Shown piece after piece: positions 20,160-29,350 of a DNA stretch of 64,000 nt. Positions within the stretch are counted from its first letter, which is position 1; the number at the start of each line of letters is the position of its first letter. The stretch is taken from positions 608,001-672,000 of the forward strand of contig CBDDIJ010000003.1 in NCBI GenBank assembly GCA_965228855.1. The letters run 5' to 3'. Source of the stretch: Candidatus Obscuribacterales bacterium. Lineage in GTDB: Bacteria > Cyanobacteriota > Vampirovibrionia > Obscuribacterales > Obscuribacteraceae. Both the position numbers and the translations under genes were made by a program. The notes below the pieces were generated by a model. It was not told the origin of the DNA, did not search any database, and saw only the letters and a list, made by a program, of their open reading frames with translations.

Positions 20160-21254
20160 TTATAAAAACGTTGGGACTTGATTTAAACCTTTGGTCTCGT
20201 CTATTCCGAGAATGATGTTCATGTTCTGAATTGCTTGACCTGCTGCGCCTTTTATTAGATTGTCGATAGCGCTGACGACCACAATTCGGTTGCTTCGCCT
20301 ATCTACTGCAAAACCGATATCGCAGTAGTTGGAGCCTTTGACCCATCGAGTCTCCGGCATGCCTTTGCCCGGCGGTTTCATTCGGATAAACGGTTCTCCT
20401 TCGTAAACTTCGTTATATGCAGCCATCACTTCGTCGTCGGAGACTGGCTTGGTGAGGGTTCCATAAGCCGTGAGCAGAATTCCTCTGTGCATTGGAACCA
20501 GATGAGCTGCGAATGTGGTGACCACTTCATCGTTCGTAAACTTCGAAAGAGTTTCTTCGATTTCGGGTGTGTGTCTATGAGTCGGAAGTTGATAAGCCTT
20601 CATCGATTCATTGCACTCATTGAAGTGCGTCTTCAGGCTGGCAGCTCTGCCTGCGCCCGATACTCCCGACTTGCCGTCGATGATGATGCTGCTCGGAGCG
20701 ATTAGACCGGCTTTAACAAGCGGGGCGAGTGCCAGAATTGCCGCGGTAGCGTAACAGCCAGGATTGGCAATGAACTTGGAGCCTTGAATAGCGGCTTTGT
20801 TGAGTTCGCATATTCCGTAAACGGCTGTATTTTTATTCGCACCAGCGGCGGAACCGTACCACTCGGATTTGACCTCTGGATTCTCTATTCTGAAGTCGCC
20901 GCTCAGGTCGATGACTTTGGTTTTTGCCAAAACCGTTTCGCTTACTACAGAGGCGGCGATACCGTGCGGCAGCGCCAGGAACAACACATCCGATTGCGAA
21001 GCAAGCGCCTCCAGATCGACTGCGCAAAAGGTTTTGCTCAAAAGACCAGAGAAGCCGGGAAAAATGTCTTCGAAGTTTTCGCCTTCGTTACTGTTGGATG
21101 CGACGGCGGTGATTTCCACTTCAGGATGCTGAAGGAGCAGTTTGATCAACTCCTGACCGACATAACCGGTAGCACCTGCGATGGCTACTTTGGTCTTGGT
21201 TTTTGTCGCCGAATCCTGGCAGTTTTGCGAAATCGGTTTTTCTAAGGTGTACAT
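20160..21254 (-). CDS. argC: N-acetyl-gamma-glutamyl-phosphate reductase
   Basis: GATGYVG, ANPGCY, SGVSGAG, HRHTPEI, DNLIKGAAGQAIQN; AGGAG RBS supports ATG 21254. Confidence 0.95.
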   Translation of the reverse strand: MYTLEKPISQNCQDSATKTKTKVAIAGATGYVGQELIKLLLQHPEVEITAVASNSNEGENFEDIFPGFSGLLSKTFCAVDLEALASQSDVLFLALPHGIAASVVSETVLAKTKVIDLSGDFRIENPEVKSEWYGSAAGANKNTAVYGICELNKAAIQGSKFIANPGCYATAAILALAPLVKAGLIAPSSIIIDGKSGVSGAGRAASLKTHFNECNESMKAYQLPTHRHTPEIEETLSKFTNDEVVTTFAAHLVPMHRGILLTAYGTLTKPVSDDEVMAAYNEVYEGEPFIRMKPPGKGMPETRWVKGSNYCDIGFAVDRRSNRIVVVSAIDNLIKGAAGQAIQNMNIILGIDETKGLNQVPTFL

Positions 21255-21415
21255 TGCTGTGCTCCTGAAGTGCGTTTCAAGAGAAGAGGTTTCCGCCGCT
21301 GCATATAAATGATGCAGAACGTTCTCTTCGTCTACGACGTTCAAAGAAAACTCGTATGCTCAAATAGACCTGAACATCGGCTTTCTAAACTCTGGCTATT
21401 CGTTGGTTGAAGCGA

Positions 21416-21883
21416 TCAACCTAGAAGTGATTCGAGATCCTTAACTACCTTCTTGGCTGTTACGTCTCGTTTGACGACCATGAGAATTGTGTTGTCTCCT
21501 GCCACGGTCCCTAGCAGCTGGCTCAGTTCGAGGCGATCGATTGCCTCTGCCACATGAGATGCTGCGCCGCTGTCAGTGATGATTACAACTGTATTCCCTG
21601 ACCAATCGATGTTTCTTACAAAGCGTTTTACGCTCGCAAGCGACGCATGCATCGCAGGCTTCGTCGTCGTCGACGGTTCGATATTTTGACGACTGGCATA
21701 GCGATAGCGTCCTCCGCTTGCGATCTTTACTAGACCCAGCTCCCGAATGTCCCTCGATAGTGTCGCCTGAGTTACGCGAACCCCTATCCTTTTTAGAGCC
21801 TTTTCTAAATCCGTCTGAGTTCCAATTTCCTGGTTTTCAACGAGGTCTAGAATTTTTCGGTGCCGTTCTTCTCTTGTTTGCAT
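21416..21883 (-). CDS. argR: Arginine repressor
   Basis: VTQATLSRDIRELGLVK, GTVAGDNTI. Confidence 0.93.
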   Translation of the reverse strand: MQTREERHRKILDLVENQEIGTQTDLEKALKRIGVRVTQATLSRDIRELGLVKIASGGRYRYASRQNIEPSTTTKPAMHASLASVKRFVRNIDWSGNTVVIITDSGAASHVAEAIDRLELSQLLGTVAGDNTILMVVKRDVTAKKVVKDLESLLG

Positions 21884-21913
21884 AATCATACATTCCCTCT
21901 GAATAATTATGCA
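21879..21913. promoter_or_regulatory. Tandem ARG boxes (ArgR operator)
   Basis: TGCATAATCATACA (21879-21892) and TGAATAATTATGCA (21900-21913), 21 bp centre to centre as in canonical tandem ARG boxes; they overlap the argR RBS and start. Confidence 0.85.
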
Positions 21914-22137
21914 CAACCTGAAGCTCTATGTAACCAAAATGTAACGCGAAAGTTGCCTGCCTGCCGGTTTTGAGTCCAGTACGCGCCCTGCGATGGCTTT
22001 GGGTCTTTTCTTTACCCCTCCATCCCGGTTTGCTGGCTTTCAAATAGCCAACTCTTATATACAATGTCTGCATGCATTGTGACCGGTGTCTGGCGAGGTT
22101 TGGCTTGCCGTCTAACCTCCCCGTATGGGTATGAATC

Positions 22138-25100
22138 TTGCCTGTAAATTTGAGCGATATTAAAAAGGCTTTTCTGGGCTATTTTGACGATTGGACGCTG
22201 GCGAAAGGGCGGAGTTATGTCGCCGGTCAGAAAGTCCTGGATATGCGAAACCGTCGCGAAGATGAAATCGAAGGCAGAGTTTCGGGCTCGATGGGGCAAA
22301 AATACCTCACCAGACTTTACCTAGACCATTTTGGATGCAAATTGATAGAAACCGATTGCAGTTGTCCGGTTGGGATTGACTGCAAGCACGCTGCCGCTGT
22401 TTATATCAAACACATTGAGCAGGTCCCGCTTCCTGCTTTGTATGCGTCGTTGAATGAGAATCCCGATCTCCTCTATTCTTCGCCCACATCGAAGGTGTCC
22501 AGTTTCGAAGCACCGCCGGCGGTAGCAAGCGAAAGTGATATTGACCCGGCAATGTTGCCGTTGCCCTCCGAAATATCGAATAGCTTCAAGGAATTTGCTC
22601 AGTCGATTGCTCCTCAGAGAGAGGCGCGAGTAGAACGGAAGACGGCGCCGACATCGAAATTGGTCTATCTTATTGGACTTGAAGCCGTAAAGGGAGAGCC
22701 CAAGATAGAGATTCGTTCCGTTAGCATCTCTAAAGCCGGCACCCTCTCGAAGGGAACAAAAATTTCCCCTGATAAGCTCCTCAGTAATCCGCCCATTCAA
22801 GCGCTTGACGAAGATCTGGAAATTATTCGCTTCTGGTTTTCGATTTCGAAGTCGATGTATTATTGGAACGGGAATTACTCATTAATCGATGCCGATTCCA
22901 ATTTAGTGCAGCTTTTGATGACTAAGATTCTTGCCACCAATCGCTGTTTCTTCAACGCGGCGGGTTCCAATCCTCTGCAACTTGGCCCTGAACTCCCAGG
23001 CGAACTTTCGTGGGAAGAACATCAGCCCCAATTTTTTCGTCTTGGTCTTGTCGCCAGGGATGGTGACAACGTCTACAAGTGTATGCGCTCGAGCGCATTG
23101 CCATGGTATATCGATGAAGAGAAGTCTCTATGCGGGCCTGTAAGTGCTCCCTTCGATCCCAAAAAGTTGAAACCACTTCTAGACATGCGTAATCTAACCC
23201 TTGACGAAGCGCAACGCTTGCCGCTTCTTCTCAATAATCTGGCACTTTCTAATTTGATTCCGATGCCGGATGTGCCGAACCGTGTGAACTTGCGTGTATT
23301 AAACGTGGGTCCTACGCTTGAGATTCAAACTCAGAGATCCTTGCGTCCAGTCGTACTGCCGGATCAGCGTATAATTCCAGCTGGCGAAGAGATTAGAACT
23401 CTCACGATATCCACGCATTCAGATTCTAATGGTATGCCTTATCGCGACGAGTCCGGCCAATTGATCGTGTCGCGAACAGCAGCATTCGAAACTGAAAGAG
23501 CTCGATTGATTCTGGCGAAGCTCGGTTTCGGTGAGCTGCCGCCGGCAGTTTTTGGTGAAATTCGTTCAGACAAACTCTCCTTCATGGCGCCAAACCCGGC
23601 GTCCTGGTCTCATTTTTCATCTGAAGGTTTGGATAAGCTTCGCGAGATTGGTTGGAACATTTCTGAGGAGATGGAAACGGCATGTCAGCCGGTAGAAATC
23701 GAAGATGAGGCTTTTGATTTTGAACTGAGCGGCGAAGATAATTGGTGGTTCTCGCTGGCTCTGGACATCGATGTAAACGGTAAGACCGTTTCGCTTTTGC
23801 CGGTGTTGGTTTCGGCTATCAGAAAGCTGAGCAGTTCCGAATCTATCGGTGATTCAATCGATACTCTGAGTCAAAATGGAAGATTTATTGGGCACCTTAG
23901 TGATGGCACCATGATCAGCATTCCGTTTGAACGAATCAGATCAATACTTATATCGATCAAGGAGTTGATCGAAAAAGGTCTTGATCCAAACGGTGAGTTA
24001 CCGGCTGTCGATGCTGCAGATGTATTTTCTGATGAAACCCTTTCGCGCAATCGTTTCATTGGCTCTGCAAAGATAATCAGATTGGTTCAGATGTTAACGG
24101 CGCTGAAACAAATTCAAACAGTCGCGGCTCCCGAGAATTTTAAAACTACTCTGAGACCTTATCAATTGGAAGGTCTCAGTTGGTTGCAGTTCCTCGCCGA
24201 GCAAGAATTCGCCGGAATCTTGGCGGACGATATGGGACTGGGAAAAACGATCCAGTTGCTCGCGCATATTTGTCTGGAAAAAGAAGGCGGACGGCTGAAA
24301 TCACCATATCTGGTGCTTTGCCCCACAAGCGTTTTACCGAACTGGTTGTCTGAAGCCGAAAAGTTTGCGCCACATTTGAACGTGGTTTCATTCCACGGTC
24401 TCGCGCGCCATGCAAACTTGGAGAGAATTCAGAATGCGGATCTTGTGGTCACCACTTATCCGCTATTGTCTCGTGATCTATCCATCTTTTCCAATGTGAC
24501 ATGGCACGGAGTGGCTCTTGATGAGGCTCAGGCTATAAAGAATTACAAGACAAAAATGGCTCAGGCTGCCCGTTCGCTCAAAGCTAATCACCGCTTCTGT
24601 CTTACCGGTACTCCAGTCGAAAATCATCTTGGTGAATTATGGTCGCAATTCCAATTTCTACTCCCTGGTCTTCTGGGTGACTCTAATACATTTAAAAATG
24701 TCTTTCGCGATCCTATTGAAAAAATCGGTGATGTTCACCGCCGCAAGATGCTGGCGCGTCGCGTAAAACCGTTTATCATGCGCCGGACCAAACAGGAAGT
24801 TGCTCAAGAACTCCCGGATAAAACAGTGATAGTCCAAAACATAGAGCTTGAGGGAGATCAAAGAGATCTGTACGAAACTGTCCGCCTTGCTTCAGTTAAG
24901 CAAGTTCGAGAAGAGATTGCGAAGAAAGGTTTCAAACACAGTCAGATTATGATTTTGGATGCATTGCTCAAAATGCGACAGGTCTGCTGTGATCCAAGAC
25001 TTGTTAAACTCAGCGCGGCAGCTACGGTTACGTCCACTGCAAAACTGGACGCTCTGATTGAGATGCTGGAGCAGCAAATCGAGGAGGGGCACAAAGTTCT

Positions 25101-25548
25101 TGTGTTCTCACAATTTACCAGTATGCTCGAACTCATCGAAGCGCGATTGCGGCAGAGTAAGCTCTCGTACGTAAAGTTGACAGGTGAAACCAAGGACCGC
25201 GCTAAGCCGGTGAAAGAGTTTCAGGAAGGTTCAACTCCAATATTCTTGATCAGCTTAAAGGCCGGTGGTACCGGTCTAAACCTTACGCAGGCTGACGTCG
25301 TAATTCACTACGACCCCTGGTGGAATCCAGCGGTCGAGGAGCAGGCTACGGACCGAGCTCACCGTATCGGTCAGACGAAAAAGGTTTTTGTATATAAATT
25401 GATTGCAAAAGGCACCATCGAACAGCGTATGGTCGAGATGCAAGAACGCAAGCGTTCTATTGCATCCAGTGTGTACGACGAGGACGGAAATTTCAATTTG
25501 AAATTCACCGAGCAAGACCTCGAAGCACTTCTGTTACCGATAGATTAA
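22138..25548 (+). CDS. SWIM zinc-finger SNF2-family helicase
   Basis: CSCPVGIDCKH (SWIM), LADDMGLGKT, DEAQ, TGTPVEN, SLKAGGTGLNL, QATDRAHRIGQ. Confidence 0.93.
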   Translation: MPVNLSDIKKAFLGYFDDWTLAKGRSYVAGQKVLDMRNRREDEIEGRVSGSMGQKYLTRLYLDHFGCKLIETDCSCPVGIDCKHAAAVYIKHIEQVPLPALYASLNENPDLLYSSPTSKVSSFEAPPAVASESDIDPAMLPLPSEISNSFKEFAQSIAPQREARVERKTAPTSKLVYLIGLEAVKGEPKIEIRSVSISKAGTLSKGTKISPDKLLSNPPIQALDEDLEIIRFWFSISKSMYYWNGNYSLIDADSNLVQLLMTKILATNRCFFNAAGSNPLQLGPELPGELSWEEHQPQFFRLGLVARDGDNVYKCMRSSALPWYIDEEKSLCGPVSAPFDPKKLKPLLDMRNLTLDEAQRLPLLLNNLALSNLIPMPDVPNRVNLRVLNVGPTLEIQTQRSLRPVVLPDQRIIPAGEEIRTLTISTHSDSNGMPYRDESGQLIVSRTAAFETERARLILAKLGFGELPPAVFGEIRSDKLSFMAPNPASWSHFSSEGLDKLREIGWNISEEMETACQPVEIEDEAFDFELSGEDNWWFSLALDIDVNGKTVSLLPVLVSAIRKLSSSESIGDSIDTLSQNGRFIGHLSDGTMISIPFERIRSILISIKELIEKGLDPNGELPAVDAADVFSDETLSRNRFIGSAKIIRLVQMLTALKQIQTVAAPENFKTTLRPYQLEGLSWLQFLAEQEFAGILADDMGLGKTIQLLAHICLEKEGGRLKSPYLVLCPTSVLPNWLSEAEKFAPHLNVVSFHGLARHANLERIQNADLVVTTYPLLSRDLSIFSNVTWHGVALDEAQAIKNYKTKMAQAARSLKANHRFCLTGTPVENHLGELWSQFQFLLPGLLGDSNTFKNVFRDPIEKIGDVHRRKMLARRVKPFIMRRTKQEVAQELPDKTVIVQNIELEGDQRDLYETVRLASVKQVREEIAKKGFKHSQIMILDALLKMRQVCCDPRLVKLSAAATVTSTAKLDALIEMLEQQIEEGHKVLVFSQFTSMLELIEARLRQSKLSYVKLTGETKDRAKPVKEFQEGSTPIFLISLKAGGTGLNLTQADVVIHYDPWWNPAVEEQATDRAHRIGQTKKVFVYKLIAKGTIEQRMVEMQERKRSIASSVYDEDGNFNLKFTEQDLEALLLPID

Positions 25549-25570
25549 GACTGCGAAATCGTCGGCTAAG

Positions 25571-25774
25571 TTAGCCCGCCAGCAAGCGGCGCCTGCTGTA
25601 AGCTCTGCCTTTTGCCCACTGGTTTCTATAAAACTGAATGTTTTGATCTGGCGTGTCTAATTCTTTCAGTGATTCCAACCAGCTTGCGGAATGGCGAAGT
25701 TTTGGAAAGTAATGCGCGATGCGTGCAACGTTGGCTCGCGTATTGTTGAGTAAATTGGAACTCAAGTTATTCAT
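25571..25774 (-). CDS. Small hypothetical protein
   Basis: 67-aa ORF, GGAG upstream, no overlap with other genes. Confidence 0.35.
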   Translation of the reverse strand: MNNLSSNLLNNTRANVARIAHYFPKLRHSASWLESLKELDTPDQNIQFYRNQWAKGRAYSRRRLLAG

Positions 25775-26050
25775 TATAAGGATTCTCCATGCTCTATAGA
25801 ATCAAGCGCTGGGCGCTTCGCTCGGCTCAACCAGAAAGACGGCAAGGTTGGCTGAGTCCCATGCTTTTCCATCTTGACCGAAACTCGAGATTGTCGCGTC
25901 CTCCTCCAGGGTTACGAGGCTCCCTCGAAAGTGTCATTTTCAGCGGTGATTGGCAAAATACTGCAAATGGGTTACCCCGTATGAGTCACCCATTCTGTTT
26001 CATGTCTCTTCCGGTTTGTAATTGCGCCGAGGGCTAGTTTCGGATAAGGC

Positions 26051-26070
26051 GATCATCCTTTTGGTTCAAT
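26051..26070. promoter_or_regulatory. Island palindrome, degenerate site
   Basis: GATCATCC-TTTT-GGTTCAAT, 76 nt upstream of the USP gene. Confidence 0.45.
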
Positions 26071-26146
26071 TGCAATAAGCATTTTGAACGAAGAGGCTTT
26101 GCCGCGGTGATGCAAGAATTGATGCAGAACCGTAGGAGAGCGTGTT

Positions 26147-26641
26147 ATGAAAATTGTGGTTGCAGTTGATGATTCAGATTGTTCTCAATATTCAATTGAT
26201 TACATTTTGAAACGTGCTTGGAGCACCGATACTGAGTTTCTGGTTCTGAACGTCGTCGAACCAATTCCAGTAGAGGTGGGTGTCGGTTATATGCCACCGC
26301 CTAGTGGTGAGATAGAGCAGCGTTTTTATGACGAAAGTGCTGAAATGGTCGCAAAGGCTGCCGCACTTCTCCGCGACAAATTCCCTGAGCTAAAGGTTGA
26401 TGTTAAAGTAGCGACTGGTCTGGCAGCTGAAACTATTTGCAATGTTGCCTCTGCTTTTGATGCGGATCTGATACTAATGGGATCGCACGGTCGCAAAGGA
26501 ATCAGCCACTTTTTCTTGGGAAGCGTCGCTGAAGAGGTTTTGAAAAAATCTTCTTGTTCCGTCGAGGTCATTAAACGCAAAACCTCGAAGACTGTGACCA
26601 AGAGCGAAGATAAGAAGGAAAAGACGGGAGCATCTAAGTGA
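26147..26641 (+). CDS. Universal stress protein
   Basis: MKIVVAVDDS, ADLILMGSHGRKG..FFLGSVAEEV. Confidence 0.92.
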   Translation: MKIVVAVDDSDCSQYSIDYILKRAWSTDTEFLVLNVVEPIPVEVGVGYMPPPSGEIEQRFYDESAEMVAKAAALLRDKFPELKVDVKVATGLAAETICNVASAFDADLILMGSHGRKGISHFFLGSVAEEVLKKSSCSVEVIKRKTSKTVTKSEDKKEKTGASK

Positions 26642-27123
26642 GAATTATTCAGCCAGTTCGCGTGACACTAGGAGTGGTGACAACTCTTTTCGTGCTATCC
26701 AACGGCGCCTTTGCTAAACCGGCGGCTAAAAATGAGACGGTGAAGCAGGGTTCTGGTGGCGCCGTTCCGAAGAAGGTCAAGACCGAGAAGTCGGAAAACA
26801 GTTCCAAGACTTTGTCTGCTCAGACTGCCTCGTCCAAGGGGCGCAGGTTGTTCGAGTCCCATTGCGCTTCGTGTCATGCGGGCGGGGGGAATTTAGTGGT
26901 TCCGAAAAAGCCTGTAATCGGCTCTCAAGTGCTGGTTACCGGCGCTACGTTCAAGAGCTATCTTAATCAGCCCGTCGGAACCATGCCTCACTACGAGGAC
27001 CTCATCCGGGATGATGGTCTGTTGACCGAGCTATATACTTACGTCAAGTCGATGAAAGCGGCTTCTGTCGAGCAGAAGAATCAAACCGTTGTCGATAAGA
27101 AACAACCGCTTAAGCAAAAGTAG
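26638..27123 (+). CDS. Monoheme cytochrome c, c6/PetJ-like
   Basis: Signal peptide, G..LF...CASCHAGGGN..PKK, GTMP axial Met; start overlaps the USP stop. Confidence 0.8.
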   Translation: MRIIQPVRVTLGVVTTLFVLSNGAFAKPAAKNETVKQGSGGAVPKKVKTEKSENSSKTLSAQTASSKGRRLFESHCASCHAGGGNLVVPKKPVIGSQVLVTGATFKSYLNQPVGTMPHYEDLIRDDGLLTELYTYVKSMKAASVEQKNQTVVDKKQPLKQK

Positions 27124-27186
27124 TCGGACTGAGCATTACTGCAATGTCGTAAGCGGCGGGACCAGCGCTGAAAAATTTCTTCCTGG

Positions 27187-27206
27187 AATCATCCTTTAGG
27201 ATGATT
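27187..27206. promoter_or_regulatory. Island palindrome, perfect site (could also act as a terminator hairpin)
   Basis: AATCATCC-TTTA-GGATGATT between the convergent cytochrome c and hypE genes. Confidence 0.55.
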
Positions 27207-27207
27207 C

Positions 27208-28242
27208 CTAACAAATTCTGGGAAGTTGGTCTCCCGTCAGTTTATCGATAAGGCGTCTTCCGCCGATTGCCGTTCGACTGATGACTTTATTCTTGTCAGT
27301 TTCGGTGATTTTACCGATCACGACTGCATCCCTACCGGGAGCGTGTGTTTTTAGGGTTTGAACGACCTCGTCCGCTATACTCGGCTCAACGATGCAGATA
27401 AAGCGACCTTCGCAGGCTACATACAAAGGGTCGAGTCCGAGCAACTCGCATGCTCCGCGAACCTCCGGACAGATCGGAATATCGGAATCGTTAATCTCGA
27501 TTCCGACCGCGGAAGCTCCCGCAATTTCAGAGAGTATGGAGGCCAGACCTCCCCGGGTTACGTCCCTCATGACGTGAATGCCTGGTGCATATTTTGCTAG
27601 TTCGAGTGCGGCAAAGGTCAGGCATGTACTATCGCTGAGTAGTTCCGATTCGATCTCCAGATTTTCACGAGCGCACATGACTGCTATACCATGCCGTCCG
27701 ATATCTCCACTAACTATGAGGATATCTCCAGGCTTTGCACGTGATACTGCAGGTGGTGATTCGACTAGTATTGAACCGATGCCGGTCGTATTGATGTATA
27801 CGCCGTCACCGGCCCCTTTGTTCACAACCTTAGTGTCCGCTGCAACGGTGACAACCTGAGCCTGTCTACATGCTTCCGCGAAAGACTCCACTATGCTTTC
27901 CAGGTCTTTAATCAAAAATCCTTCTTCGATGATGAACGCTGCCGTCAAAAATTTTGGTCTTGCCAGGCGCATGGCAAGGTCGTTTACAGTGCCGTGTACA
28001 GCGAGAGAACCGATATTGCCGCCCGGAAAAAATATGGGTTTAACTACGAATGAATCGGTGGAAATTGCTACTCTATTGCTGTCGTTCTCGACCAAGACAG
28101 CGTCCTCTAAGTCGTTCAAAATCTTGTTTCCCAGGTGGGGCAAGAATATTCGCTCGATTAACTGTTCTGACAAACGTCCACCACTGCCGTGTCCCAGGCG
28201 GATAACATCATCAGGCTGAAATGGGATACCGCAAGACTTCAT
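27208..28242 (-). CDS. hypE: Hydrogenase maturation protein HypE
   Basis: HGSGG, TDSFVV.PIFFPGG.IG.LAV.GTVNDL, DTKVV, RDVTRGG, C-terminal PRIC. Confidence 0.95.
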   Translation of the reverse strand: MKSCGIPFQPDDVIRLGHGSGGRLSEQLIERIFLPHLGNKILNDLEDAVLVENDSNRVAISTDSFVVKPIFFPGGNIGSLAVHGTVNDLAMRLARPKFLTAAFIIEEGFLIKDLESIVESFAEACRQAQVVTVAADTKVVNKGAGDGVYINTTGIGSILVESPPAVSRAKPGDILIVSGDIGRHGIAVMCARENLEIESELLSDSTCLTFAALELAKYAPGIHVMRDVTRGGLASILSEIAGASAVGIEINDSDIPICPEVRGACELLGLDPLYVACEGRFICIVEPSIADEVVQTLKTHAPGRDAVVIGKITETDKNKVISRTAIGGRRLIDKLTGDQLPRIC

Positions 28243-28258
28243 GTCGGTTTAAACATCC

Positions 28259-29350
28259 TCAGTGATTTTTGAATCTGAAATAGTTAGAGCAGGTTCCCTC
28301 TACGGATACCATCGTCGCTCCGATGGGAGTTTCCGGTGTGCAGGCTTTGCCGAACTCCGGGCAATCAGTTGGTTTCTTATTCCCCAGAAGTATTTGATCG
28401 CTTATACATTGGCGGGGTTGCTGCTGTTTAATCTGCCGAGAAACGTCCGGAAACTCTTTCTCAGCGTCGAATGACGAAAATTTTTCAGATAATCCCAACC
28501 CGCTCAGTGGTATCACCCCCAATGCTCTCCATTCGCGGTCGCATGGGCTAAACACTTCGTTCACAACATCTTGCGCTACGTGATTGCCCACGTTCTCGAC
28601 AGCTCTGCTGTATTCGTTTACAACGCTTGGAGACCGACTCTCCAGCAGTTTTACACAAGTTGATAGCGCTTGCAGCAGGTCTATAGGCTCGAACCCTGCC
28701 ACTACAATCGGTATCGAGAAGTCTCTGGATAGTTTCTCGTATTGTTCTAAACCTGCAACAGTACAAACATGGCCCGGTCCAATGAGCGCCTGCACCTTGC
28801 ATTCTGGTTCGCTCAAGACCATGGAGCAGACTGGTGGTACGAGAACCTGTGCGGAGAGCACGAAAAAGTTTTCTAAGCCCATGTTGTGGGCATGTTTAAT
28901 CGCCATTGCATTAGCGGGCGCTGTAGTTTCAAAACCGACGGCAAAAAAAACGACTTTGCGATCTTGATGTTTTTTCGCGAGCTTAACTGCATCGAGCGGC
29001 GAATACACAATTCGGACGTCGGCTCCTTTTGCCTTCGTGGTCAGCAAATCTTCGCTCGTTCCTGGAACGCGGAGCATGTCACCAAAAGTGCATAATATAA
29101 CTTCCGATATATTGGCAATGCCGATTGCCCAGTCGATTAGCTGCACCGGCGTGACGCATACCGGGCAACCCGGACCGTGAACCAGATTTATAGATTCTGG
29201 AAGTAAATCTGGAATGCCGTACCTGAGAATCGTATGTGTTTGACCACCGCAGACTTCCATGATGGTCCATGGTTGTGTGCAAGCAACTTCAATTTCTTTC
29301 GAGATCTTCTTTGCCAACTCCAGGTCGCGGTACTCGTCGACATACTTCAT
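28259..29350 (-). CDS. hypD: Hydrogenase maturation protein HypD
   Basis: MEVCGGQTH, GPGCPVC, GFETT, PGHV, MVS.EG.C; ATGA overlap with the upstream stop. Confidence 0.95.
   Translation of the reverse strand: MKYVDEYRDLELAKKISKEIEVACTQPWTIMEVCGGQTHTILRYGIPDLLPESINLVHGPGCPVCVTPVQLIDWAIGIANISEVILCTFGDMLRVPGTSEDLLTTKAKGADVRIVYSPLDAVKLAKKHQDRKVVFFAVGFETTAPANAMAIKHAHNMGLENFFVLSAQVLVPPVCSMVLSEPECKVQALIGPGHVCTVAGLEQYEKLSRDFSIPIVVAGFEPIDLLQALSTCVKLLESRSPSVVNEYSRAVENVGNHVAQDVVNEVFSPCDREWRALGVIPLSGLGLSEKFSSFDAEKEFPDVSRQIKQQQPRQCISDQILLGNKKPTDCPEFGKACTPETPIGATMVSVEGTCSNYFRFKNH

Noticed and set aside
21255..21344. Extended ArgC N-terminus and a further ARG box near 21300
   Set aside because: RBS supports ATG 21254; TGCATATAAATGAT is only a partial single box
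25789..26037. 82-aa ORF at the island's left edge
   Set aside because: No motifs or protein-like features; probably promoter DNA; no att-like repeat seen
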